DNA from: Patescibacteria group bacterium
Lineage (GTDB): Bacteria > Patescibacteriota > Patescibacteriia > UM-FILTER-42-10
Direction of reading: 5' to 3'
Assembly (NCBI GenBank): GCA_041664365.1
Contig: JBAYKW010000002.1
Span: 85,961-149,960 of the forward strand
DNA: 64,000 nucleotides
A program made the translations under genes and the position numbers. The stretch's first letter is position 1. The number at the start of each line of letters is the position of its first letter. Below, one piece after another: positions 44,970 through 52,906 of this stretch. The notes under the pieces are model-generated. The model saw nothing but the letters and a program-made list of their open reading frames with translations, had not been told where the DNA came from and searched no databases.

Positions 44970-45701
44970 ATGGAAGGAATCATTGCCTGCGCCCGATACG
45001 CCTATATGCCGAATAATTTGGGATATTGCGGACCTGATGAAAATGAAAACTTAATCGGGTACATTGCGAACAATGAACAGGATGACGGATTGAAAGAAAT
45101 ATTGACAGATTTTCAGACTCTGAAGCCGTATCTGAATTTTATCGCCAGAACCAACAGAATCCCTGATCCTTTTCACAAACAGGTGGTAGAAGCCTATTGG
45201 ATCGGCAACAGTTTATTAGAAAACATTTCCGCCAAGCAGTATTACAAATATTTAACTGACGAATTTTCCCTGCAGAAAAAAATTGACCGCAAATCACTGC
45301 AGTACGTGTACGGCAAACTGCCGATGGGAGCCAAACCGCATCATTCATTCCATGTTTTAAATATTTTCCGCCGGACCGGACACCTTTCCATCAACCACAC
45401 CGTTGAAACTATGGACAATTGTTGTATCAGTTATGGAAGGGTAATAAAAAAAATGACGGATAGATTGTTAGTTGAATATTCACCCTTAGAAATAATTGAA
45501 GGCAAGCTGGCAAAAGGCGGAAAAAAACAAAAAGAAATACTGCTAGAGGTTGACGGGCAGTTAATGGAAACTGAAATTAGCCCTGGTGATCTGGTAACGT
45601 TTCATTGGAATGCGGTTTGTGAAAAAATAACGCCCATGCAGGCAAATAATCTTAATATTTATACCAATCAAGCAATTACCTTAGCCAATCTATCATTATG
45701 A
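44970..45701 (+). CDS. Hypothetical protein embedded in the hydrogenase locus.
   Basis: 243 aa ORF, no motif recognised by eye. Translationally coupled to the downstream small subunit (4-nt overlap). Confidence 0.4.
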   Translation: MEGIIACARYAYMPNNLGYCGPDENENLIGYIANNEQDDGLKEILTDFQTLKPYLNFIARTNRIPDPFHKQVVEAYWIGNSLLENISAKQYYKYLTDEFSLQKKIDRKSLQYVYGKLPMGAKPHHSFHVLNIFRRTGHLSINHTVETMDNCCISYGRVIKKMTDRLLVEYSPLEIIEGKLAKGGKKQKEILLEVDGQLMETEISPGDLVTFHWNAVCEKITPMQANNLNIYTNQAITLANLSL

Positions 45702-46495
45702 CCAAGAAAATAGTAACAAAAAAAATAACAAAGAAAAAAAAGAAACCGGTTGTTGCTTTCCTGAGTCTTTCCGGCTGTGAAGGCTGCTCGTTTGCCATGC
45801 TTGATCTGGGCGGGGAATTTTTTAACGCCCTGGTGCATCATTATAAATTAGGGGAGCACCATTTCCTGGAAGAAATGAAGGGGAAGAGGCATTATGATAT
45901 CACATTTGTGGACGGCGCGCCTTTAACATTAGAAAACGCGAAAGTTTTAAAAGAAATGAGAAAAAAAACTGACTTCATGGTGGCGGTAGGCAGTTGTGCG
46001 GCTTTAGGGGTTGTACCGGGGATAAAAAACTATGTTGATAAAAAGAAGAAAGCCAGTTATGTCTACCCAAAAAATAAAACAGCATATAATCCGGATATCC
46101 ATCCTATTTCCCGCTACGTAAAAGTAGATCTGGTGATCCCCGGTTGCCCGATTGATAACAAAGAATTTTTGAAAGTGTTTACGGATGTTGCACAAGGTAT
46201 TGAACCACAGCTTTCCCACCGTCCGGTCTGTTATGAATGTCAGAGCAACGGCAATCCGTGCCTCCTGCAACAGGGTCAACCCTGTCTCGGTCCGGTGATT
46301 CAGGGCGGATGCAATGCTGTCTGCCTGAACAGCCGTTATTATTGCCGGGGCTGCCGGGGTATTTTAAAAGAGGATACAATGGATGATGCGGTAAAGACAC
46401 TCAATGCGAAGATAGAAAAGATGATCGGAAAGAAAGCACTGCATCACATTTTACAAATTTACGGGATCCAAGAAGACTGGTTGAATAGGTTGTAG
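45698..46495 (+). CDS. hydD: [NiFe]-hydrogenase small (delta) subunit, group 3-like.
   Basis: VVAFLSLSGCEGCSFAMLDLG (proximal cluster CxxC motif of the NuoB/hydrogenase small-subunit fold), plus GSCA..G and C-terminal Cys clusters. Confidence 0.7.
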   Translation: MTKKIVTKKITKKKKKPVVAFLSLSGCEGCSFAMLDLGGEFFNALVHHYKLGEHHFLEEMKGKRHYDITFVDGAPLTLENAKVLKEMRKKTDFMVAVGSCAALGVVPGIKNYVDKKKKASYVYPKNKTAYNPDIHPISRYVKVDLVIPGCPIDNKEFLKVFTDVAQGIEPQLSHRPVCYECQSNGNPCLLQQGQPCLGPVIQGGCNAVCLNSRYYCRGCRGILKEDTMDDAVKTLNAKIEKMIGKKALHHILQIYGIQEDWLNRL

Positions 46496-46639
46496 GTAGG
46501 GTAGAGGGCAAAGGGGTTAGGTTTAAGATTAGAAGTTAATGATTCAATTAGTAACTCGTAACATGTAATTCATAATTGTTGATCCTTACTCTTAATTAGC
46601 ATTCATTGCCAGAAAAAATAAATTAAAGTATAAAAAACT

Positions 46640-47611
46640 ATGCGTATCCAAATTGAGGCGGTTGAGAAATTATTAAAAAATAAACTGCGCAAAATGGGCT
46701 TTACGGCGGAAGAAGCGAAAGCAATTACTTTTGAATACATTGCCGGTGAACTTAAAGAAAAACGATCACACGGTGTCTTCGGGTTTATCAATGCTTACGA
46801 GAGACTCAAACAGACTAAGAGAGGCCATTATAAGATCGCAATCGATAAGCCGGCGTACGCATTTATTGAAGGCAACCGGGATATCGGCCAAATTGTGGCT
46901 TACAAAGCAATTGAAATGGCGATTAAGAAAGCGAAAAAAACCGGTATTGCCATGGTGGGCGGTAACAACATTCATTCGTTCTTAAGACCGGGTACCTGGG
47001 CGGAAGTGGCAGCGCGTAAAGGCATGATTGCTTTGTGTTTTAACTACGGCGGCGGTCCGTTATTGGCCCCGACCGGATCCAGAGAAGCGATCCTTTCCAC
47101 TAACCCGATCGGGATCGGCATTCCTTATAAGGAATATCCGTTTGTGATTGATATGGCGGTTTCGGAAAGAGCCTTCAATCAAATTAAACTGGCAAAAACA
47201 TTAGGTAAAAAAATACCTAGTGGCTGGGCAATTGATAAAAACGGAAAAAATACCAATGATCCGGATAAAGTTACGGCGGTTTTGCCGTTCGGCGGGTATA
47301 AGGGATATATTTTGGCGCTGGCATTGGAAATACTGACCGGGCCTTTTGTCAGGACAAAAGTTGGTAAGAAAACAAAGAATGTCCGCGGGCTTCTGTTTAT
47401 TGTAATTGATCCTTATGTATTTACGACTAAAAAAGATTTCAGCAGTGACATGAATCAACTGATTAAAGAAGTGGATGAGGCTAAAAAGATTAAAGGAGTA
47501 AAGGATATACATATACCCGGAGAAAGTGCGGCAAAAAATGAAATTAAAAAAATGAAGTCAGGATATTTTGACATTGATAAAAATATTATTGATCAGATCG
47601 AAAAACTATAA
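46640..47611 (+). CDS. Ldh_2 family (malate/L-lactate/sulfolactate dehydrogenase-like) oxidoreductase.
   Basis: ALCFNYGGGPLLAPTGSREAILSTNPIGIGIP parallels the Ldh_2 active-site region (…PWGG.E..LGTNPIA.A.P). Inserted between the hydrogenase small- and large-subunit genes. Confidence 0.55.
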   Translation: MRIQIEAVEKLLKNKLRKMGFTAEEAKAITFEYIAGELKEKRSHGVFGFINAYERLKQTKRGHYKIAIDKPAYAFIEGNRDIGQIVAYKAIEMAIKKAKKTGIAMVGGNNIHSFLRPGTWAEVAARKGMIALCFNYGGGPLLAPTGSREAILSTNPIGIGIPYKEYPFVIDMAVSERAFNQIKLAKTLGKKIPSGWAIDKNGKNTNDPDKVTAVLPFGGYKGYILALALEILTGPFVRTKVGKKTKNVRGLLFIVIDPYVFTTKKDFSSDMNQLIKEVDEAKKIKGVKDIHIPGESAAKNEIKKMKSGYFDIDKNIIDQIEKL

Positions 47612-47635
47612 ACTCTGTCGGATAATAAAATGAAT

Positions 47636-47710
47636 CCCGTTAGAAATCAATAAAAATAGCGGGAGACAAAGTTAAAATTCAATTGGATAATTCACATAAT
47701 TTCTAACGGG
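47636..47710 (+). promoter_or_regulatory. 12-nt inverted repeat pair cccgttagaaat ... atttctaacggg whose right arm abuts the hydA start codon.
   Basis: tcccgttagaaat-(about 50 nt)-atttctaacggg then ATG at 47711. The same arms recur at 52208-52304 upstream of an unrelated gene. Confidence 0.5.
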
Positions 47711-48973
47711 ATGAAAAGACGAATCAAATTTGATCATGTAGCAAAAATTGAAGGACATGCCAGCCTGATCACGGATTTGGAATCCGGCGAGATTAACCGT
47801 GCCCGGTTCAAAACGCTGGAAGGCTCCAGATTTATTGAGGGTATTTTGGTTGGTCGGAATTATCAAGAAGCACCTTTAATAACCGCGCGAATTTGTGGTG
47901 TTTGCCCCGTTGTGCACAATCTGGGCAGTATATTGGCGATTGAAGATGCGATGAAAGTAAAAGTCAGCGAGAAAACCGTTGTTTTGAGAAAACTGATGAT
48001 GTGGGGCCAGTTCATTCAGAGTCACAGCTTGCATCTTTATTTTCTCACCTTACCGGACTATTTTAAAATGCAGAACAGTCTGAAACTTCTAAAGGATTTT
48101 CCTGAAGAAACAAAACAGGCGCTGGAGATTCGTGCATTCGGTAATAAGCTGATTGAAGTGATCGGCGGACGGTCAATCCACCCCATGAATTCCGCTGTGG
48201 GTGGGTTCATGAAAAATCCTGATGAGCGGGAATTGACAATCCTTTTAAAACAGATTGACCCTTTACTTGAAATCGGAGCAAAGATTACAGGAATATTTAA
48301 TTCCTTGAAGTATCCCAAATTCTCCCGTAAAACCGAGTTTATTTCATTGACCAATAAAAAAGAATATCCGATCTATCAGGGCACGCTTACTTCTACTATA
48401 GATAAAGCGATAACCAAAGAAAAATTTATTAAGGAAGTAGAGGAAGAATACAGTAACTGGCAGAGAATTAAAAAGACCAAACTTTACGGCAAGATCTATA
48501 TGGTCGGCGCATTGGCGCGTCTCAACGTGAACCGGAATCTTTTAAAACCGAAAGCCAAAGCACTACTGAACGCATCTGGGATTGAGTTTCCTTCATACAA
48601 TACCTTCCATAATATTTTGGGGCAAATGATTGAGACGGTTAACGGTTTGGAAGAATGTAAAACACTGATCAATCAGTATTTGAAGATGAAGGGATCCTGC
48701 CTGGTAAGAAAGTACGAAATAAAAGCCGGTACCGGAATAGGTGTAATTGAGGCACCACGCGGAACCCTCTTTCATGTATACGAAATAGATAAACTGGGTT
48801 TCCTAAAGAACGTGAATATTATTACCCCTACCGCTCAGTTTGTGAATAACTTGGAGGAAGATATCAAAGCATTTCTTCCGGACATACATAATGTATCCTC
48901 TCAAGCGTCCAGAAGAAAAATTAAAATGCTGGTGCGTGCTTATGATCCATGCATGACTTGCGCCACTCATTAG
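47711..48973 (+). CDS. hydA: [NiFe]-hydrogenase large (alpha) subunit, group 3b-like. No C-terminal extension.
   Basis: N-terminal RICGVCPVVH (RxCGxC Ni-Fe ligand motif). C-terminal DPCMTCATH (DPCxxCxxH) followed immediately by the stop. Confidence 0.8.
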   Translation: MKRRIKFDHVAKIEGHASLITDLESGEINRARFKTLEGSRFIEGILVGRNYQEAPLITARICGVCPVVHNLGSILAIEDAMKVKVSEKTVVLRKLMMWGQFIQSHSLHLYFLTLPDYFKMQNSLKLLKDFPEETKQALEIRAFGNKLIEVIGGRSIHPMNSAVGGFMKNPDERELTILLKQIDPLLEIGAKITGIFNSLKYPKFSRKTEFISLTNKKEYPIYQGTLTSTIDKAITKEKFIKEVEEEYSNWQRIKKTKLYGKIYMVGALARLNVNRNLLKPKAKALLNASGIEFPSYNTFHNILGQMIETVNGLEECKTLINQYLKMKGSCLVRKYEIKAGTGIGVIEAPRGTLFHVYEIDKLGFLKNVNIITPTAQFVNNLEEDIKAFLPDIHNVSSQASRRKIKMLVRAYDPCMTCATH

Positions 48974-48974
48974 C

Positions 48975-49062
48975 GTGTCGCGTGTAGGTTCGAATTTATT
49001 CGAACGATTAAAATAAAAGCGAATGAATTCGCTTCTGCTCGGTAAAAATTGTAAGAGCAAAA
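48975..49062. repeat. Twin-hairpin miniature repeat copy (left flank of the LOG gene).
   Basis: gtaggttcgaatttattcgaac ... aaagcgaatgaattcgcttctgctcggtaaaaattgtaagagcaaaatcagaagaaataat. A 60-nt tract is near-identical to 49955-50015. Confidence 0.7.
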
Positions 49063-49139
49063 TCAGAAGAAATAATACAAACTCATTAAATATATAATTA
49101 ATCCATAGGGTTATATTCGAATTCATTTAAAATAAACAC

Positions 49140-49895
49140 ATGATAAATGAAAAATATATGAAAAGCAGAGAAGGCGAACAGCCCGAATTATTTTTTGAAC
49201 AAGATGCCGAATTAAAAGATTTAGCTCAAAGGGTTAAATATAGAGTTAGTTTATTAGGCGGTGGTAACTCTGAAGAATCTGCTAGAATTTTGGGTCATGA
49301 TTTAACTGAGAGATTTTATCCTATTCAAACGGGTGGTTATGATACAGGAGCGATGAAAGGTGGGCTAGAAGGCGCTAATCAGGCAATCAATGAAATGAGG
49401 CAAGATACACACACTAAGGAACTTTTATCTCTAGTTTATCCATACCCAAAGGGTATTACGGCTGAACGATTTGCACCTGCTTGGGTGCCAAAAGGTGAAC
49501 ACATAAAGATTGAAGTAGCTGAAGGCAATAAGGATATGTATTTGAGACTAGGGATATTAATGGAAGATTCGTCAGCAACAATTGTTTTACCAGGCGATGC
49601 GGGCACAGAACTGGAAGTATTTGCAAATTTGCATTTCGACAAAAAATTAAAACCTAAGTTTCAAGTAGAATCTAAACCGCTGATTGTCATAGGTGATTCT
49701 CATATTGAATTAATGAGAAAATTTGAAACTGTAATTAATGATAGTGATAATGTTTATATAGTACAGGATGAAACAGAGGCTCTGGAACTCGTAGACGTTT
49801 TACGAAAATTGGATAATCAATCAGATTTGGATGAAGGTGAAGTAGAGCAATTGAATGAATTTAGAATTCAGCGTCGATTAAAATTTGAAAAATAA
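49140..49895 (+). CDS. LOG/TIGR00730-family Rossmann-fold protein (cytokinin riboside 5'-monophosphate phosphoribohydrolase-like).
   Basis: TGGYDTGAMKGGLEGA and VLPGDAGTELEVF resemble the LOG GGGxxGxM and PGGxGTxEE motifs. Confidence 0.45.
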   Translation: MINEKYMKSREGEQPELFFEQDAELKDLAQRVKYRVSLLGGGNSEESARILGHDLTERFYPIQTGGYDTGAMKGGLEGANQAINEMRQDTHTKELLSLVYPYPKGITAERFAPAWVPKGEHIKIEVAEGNKDMYLRLGILMEDSSATIVLPGDAGTELEVFANLHFDKKLKPKFQVESKPLIVIGDSHIELMRKFETVINDSDNVYIVQDETEALELVDVLRKLDNQSDLDEGEVEQLNEFRIQRRLKFEK

Positions 49896-49917
49896 AATGT
49901 ATAATTAATCAATATGG

Positions 49918-50015
49918 GTAGTTTCGAATTCATTCGAAACATGTTAACAAAAAGCGAATGAATTCGCTTCTGCTCGGTAAAAATTGTAAGAGAAAAATCA
50001 GAAGAAATAATTAAA
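49918..50015. repeat. Twin-hairpin miniature repeat copy (right flank of the LOG gene), in direct orientation relative to 48975.
   Basis: gtagtttcgaattcattcgaaac ... aaagcgaatgaattcgcttctgctcggtaaaaattgtaagagaaaaatcagaagaaataat. Confidence 0.7.
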
Positions 50016-50087
50016 ATTCTAACAACGATTATCAAAAATTCAAAAAAATAATTATTAATTATACATAATAAATTTTACATTAAAACC

Positions 50088-50342
50088 ATGCATGATCTAA
50101 TGACGGCCAAAGACATCTGCGATGCAGTGCAGAAAAAAGCCAAAGAAAATAAAATGAAAACAGTTTCTGAGATTGTTATCGATCTGGGAGAGATGGAGGA
50201 TCATGGTGAAATCGTGTCGGAAGAAAATTTGCGGTTTCATCTGGATTATCTTTTAAAAGGAACACTGGCAGAAAAAGCAAAGCTAGTTTTTAATAAAGTT
50301 CCCGGCGATACAATAATTCTGCGGGAAATAGAAGGCGAGTAG
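50088..50342 (+). CDS. hypA: HypA-like hydrogenase nickel-insertion protein, N-domain only (no zinc-finger Cys).
   Basis: Starts MHDLM (the MHE Ni-binding motif). ...IDLGEMEDHGEIVSEENLRFHLDYLLKGTLAEKAKL parallels the HypA N-domain. Ends at residue 84 without the CxxC...CxxC motifs. Confidence 0.5.
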   Translation: MHDLMTAKDICDAVQKKAKENKMKTVSEIVIDLGEMEDHGEIVSEENLRFHLDYLLKGTLAEKAKLVFNKVPGDTIILREIEGE

Positions 50343-50403
50343 GATAATATAATGCATAATGCAAAATTGATAATGTATAATTTTTGTTCTAAGGAAATAT
50401 TGT

Positions 50404-51054
50404 ATGATAGAAAAAACTGATAAAAATAAAGATCGACTTTTTTTATTTGACTTTGACGGAGTAATTGTGGACAGCCTGAAGGAAGCCACGGATGCGATCG
50501 GAATATTTTTAAGCTCTTTTGATATTAAAAAACCGACTATTGATGAAGTCAGGCGGATGTATCATAAAAACATTTTTGATTCTTTCCGAGAATTGGGTGT
50601 ACCAGATGATGGATATCCGAAACTATATTCCATAATCAAAGAAAGAAGCGTGCAGTATAACAGCCGGATCCCGCTGTATGAAGGAGCTAATGATTTATTA
50701 TCGGCACTAAAAGATGAGACAATATATATCGTCAGTTCCAGTTCAACGAGAGCGATGAAAAAATACTTAAAAAAATATAATCTATTAGGTCATTTTAAGG
50801 AAATACTAGGCGCAGAAAACGGCACGTCAAAAGTAGAAAAGATAAGTAAAATTTTGGCAAAGGAAAATCCTGATCTGGAGAGAACCTATTTTGTAACTGA
50901 TACAACCGGCGACATTAAAGAGGGGAAAAAAGCAGGAGTAAAAACAATAGCTGTTGGTTGGGGTTATCACTTTCCGGAAGATCTTCAAGCAGAAAACCCG
51001 GACTATTTATTTTTGACTATGGAAGACTTTATCAAGGCAATACCGGGATTATGA
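50404..51054 (+). CDS. HAD-superfamily hydrolase, subfamily IA (phosphoglycolate phosphatase-like).
   Basis: LFLFDFDGVIVDS (motif I DxDG), VSSSS (motif II), K...DTTGD (motifs III/IV). Confidence 0.7.
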   Translation: MIEKTDKNKDRLFLFDFDGVIVDSLKEATDAIGIFLSSFDIKKPTIDEVRRMYHKNIFDSFRELGVPDDGYPKLYSIIKERSVQYNSRIPLYEGANDLLSALKDETIYIVSSSSTRAMKKYLKKYNLLGHFKEILGAENGTSKVEKISKILAKENPDLERTYFVTDTTGDIKEGKKAGVKTIAVGWGYHFPEDLQAENPDYLFLTMEDFIKAIPGL

Positions 51055-52151
51055 ACAATTTTAAACTGATCAAGAAAGACAAAAAGACTCTTGCCAGAAA
51101 AGGAATCTTGCATACCGCGCACGGTGAATTAGAAACCCCGTTTTTCATGCCGATTGCTACCAAAGCTTCGGTCAAAGCGCTGAGCAGTGAAGACATTCTG
51201 GATCTCAAATCAGGAATTATTTTGAGCAACACATATCATCTGTATTTAAGGCCGGGCATGCCTGTGATCAAAAAGGCCGGCGGTTTGCACAAGTTTATGA
51301 ACTGGCCAGGGGCGATCCTGACTGACTCCGGCGGATATCAGGTATTCTCTCTGGGTTCCAGAAAAAATCCTGACAAAAACATGGTGAAGCTTTCCAGAAA
51401 AGGCGTGGAATTCCGGTCAACCTACGACGGATCAAAACACATGCTGACTCCAGAAAAAGTGATTAAAATTCAGGAAACAATCGGCTCGGATATCATGATG
51501 GTTCTGGATGAATGTCCGGCTTATCCGGCGACAAAAGAAAAAGCCAGAATATCCATGGAGCTGACAACTCACTGGGCGGGGCGTGCAAAAAAATCCCACA
51601 AAAAAAATAAGCAGATGCTGTTCGGTATTGTACAAGGCTCTTCCTATAAAGATCTGCGTATTCAGCACGCAAATGATCTGAAAAATATTGGCTTTGACGG
51701 TTATGCCATCGGGGGTTTAGCGGTAGGTGAGCCGACAGAAAAAATGTACGAAGTGCTGGACTGGGTGATTCCGGAACTGCCGGAAGATAAACCGCGCTAT
51801 CTGATGGGTGTCGGCAAACCGGAACAGATTTATGAAGCGGTGAAAAGGGGAGTAGATATGTTTGATTGTGTGATCCCAACCCGCAATGCTAGGCACGGCC
51901 TTATATATGCATGGCGCAATAAAAATTTGAAAGGAAAATTTTACGAGGAGATAAGAATCAAGCAGTCGAAGTATCGTTTGGATATGAAGCCGGTTGATCA
52001 GCAATGTGATTGTGTCACCTGCAAAAATTATTCCAGGAGTTATTTAAGACATCTTTTTTCGGCTGAAGAGCCTTTAGCTTACCGGCTCGCCACAATCCAC
52101 AACGTGAATTTTTATCTGGAATTGATGCAAAGAATAGCTAAAACAATTTAA
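51051..52151 (+). CDS. tgt: Queuine tRNA-ribosyltransferase.
   Basis: LHTAHGELETPFFMPIATKASVK, DSGGYQV and zinc site CDCVTCKNYSRSYLRHL are canonical Tgt. Start overlaps the HAD stop (ATGA). Confidence 0.85.
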   Translation: MNNFKLIKKDKKTLARKGILHTAHGELETPFFMPIATKASVKALSSEDILDLKSGIILSNTYHLYLRPGMPVIKKAGGLHKFMNWPGAILTDSGGYQVFSLGSRKNPDKNMVKLSRKGVEFRSTYDGSKHMLTPEKVIKIQETIGSDIMMVLDECPAYPATKEKARISMELTTHWAGRAKKSHKKNKQMLFGIVQGSSYKDLRIQHANDLKNIGFDGYAIGGLAVGEPTEKMYEVLDWVIPELPEDKPRYLMGVGKPEQIYEAVKRGVDMFDCVIPTRNARHGLIYAWRNKNLKGKFYEEIRIKQSKYRLDMKPVDQQCDCVTCKNYSRSYLRHLFSAEEPLAYRLATIHNVNFYLELMQRIAKTI

Positions 52152-52207
52152 GATGATAAATATTTAAAAATATGCTATACTTTAAATATCAAAATTAAAA
52201 TAAATTT

Positions 52208-52304
52208 ATGAACCCCGTTAGAAATTGAGTGTTGTCTGTCTAATAGGGTATGGTATCAATTTAGCTTGTTAAAATCATTTATTTAATTATTTATTTCTAA
52301 CGGG
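52208..52304 (+). promoter_or_regulatory. Second copy of the cccgttagaaat ... atttctaacggg inverted repeat, ending at the GTG start of the lipoprotein gene.
   Basis: aaccccgttagaaatt-(about 70 nt)-atttctaacgggGTGaag. Confidence 0.5.
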
Positions 52305-52766
52305 GTGAAGATAAAGAAATTAATCTCAATTAGCATTATTCTACCCGCTGTCTTCTTTATGACCGGCTGTGGTACGACAAAAACCAATACTAATACAGCG
52401 CCTGTCGCCAATACCAATACAGCTGTTGAAGAAAACACTAACGCGGTTACGAATGAAAATACTAATACCGACAATACTGTTACAGAGCAGGATGTTGTCG
52501 CAACCGGGATGGTGTATTTGAAGGGATACAATACGCCAAGTGAATCATACGGGATAACTACTGCATCAGGAAATGAAATAGGTCTGGGAAAATACGATAC
52601 AATGAAGGAACAGTTCAGAGCCTATATCGGAGAAAGAATTACCGTTACTTTTTCCAATGTGTGTAAAACTTCCAATCAGGATTGTTGCCGGACTCTGTTC
52701 CCATACTGTGGAACGGTTAAAGACTGGGTGCCGGTAGAAGACACAAATACCAATTCTACAGAATGA
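52305..52766 (+). CDS. Lipoprotein of unknown function (GTG start).
   Basis: Lipobox VFFMTGC after a signal peptide. TNTNTA low-complexity linker (also seen in the DsbA at 10462). C-terminal Cys-containing domain. Confidence 0.55.
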   Translation: MKIKKLISISIILPAVFFMTGCGTTKTNTNTAPVANTNTAVEENTNAVTNENTNTDNTVTEQDVVATGMVYLKGYNTPSESYGITTASGNEIGLGKYDTMKEQFRAYIGERITVTFSNVCKTSNQDCCRTLFPYCGTVKDWVPVEDTNTNSTE

Positions 52767-52906
52767 GAATAAGGTAGAATGCACAAGAAAAGCTGGATTG
52801 ATTATCCAGTTTTTTGTTGTCAACATATTGTTGACATAATGTAAAATTTGTGCTAAAATTATATGGTATAATAAAACAAAAGCAGGACAATAACCGAGAG
52901 CGTAAT

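Noticed and set aside
50958-51053. N-terminal extension of tgt (MGLSLSGRSSSRKPGL…) overlapping the HAD gene.
   Set aside because: Tgt homology begins at MNNFKLIKKD (51051). The extension overlaps the HAD C-terminus in another frame.
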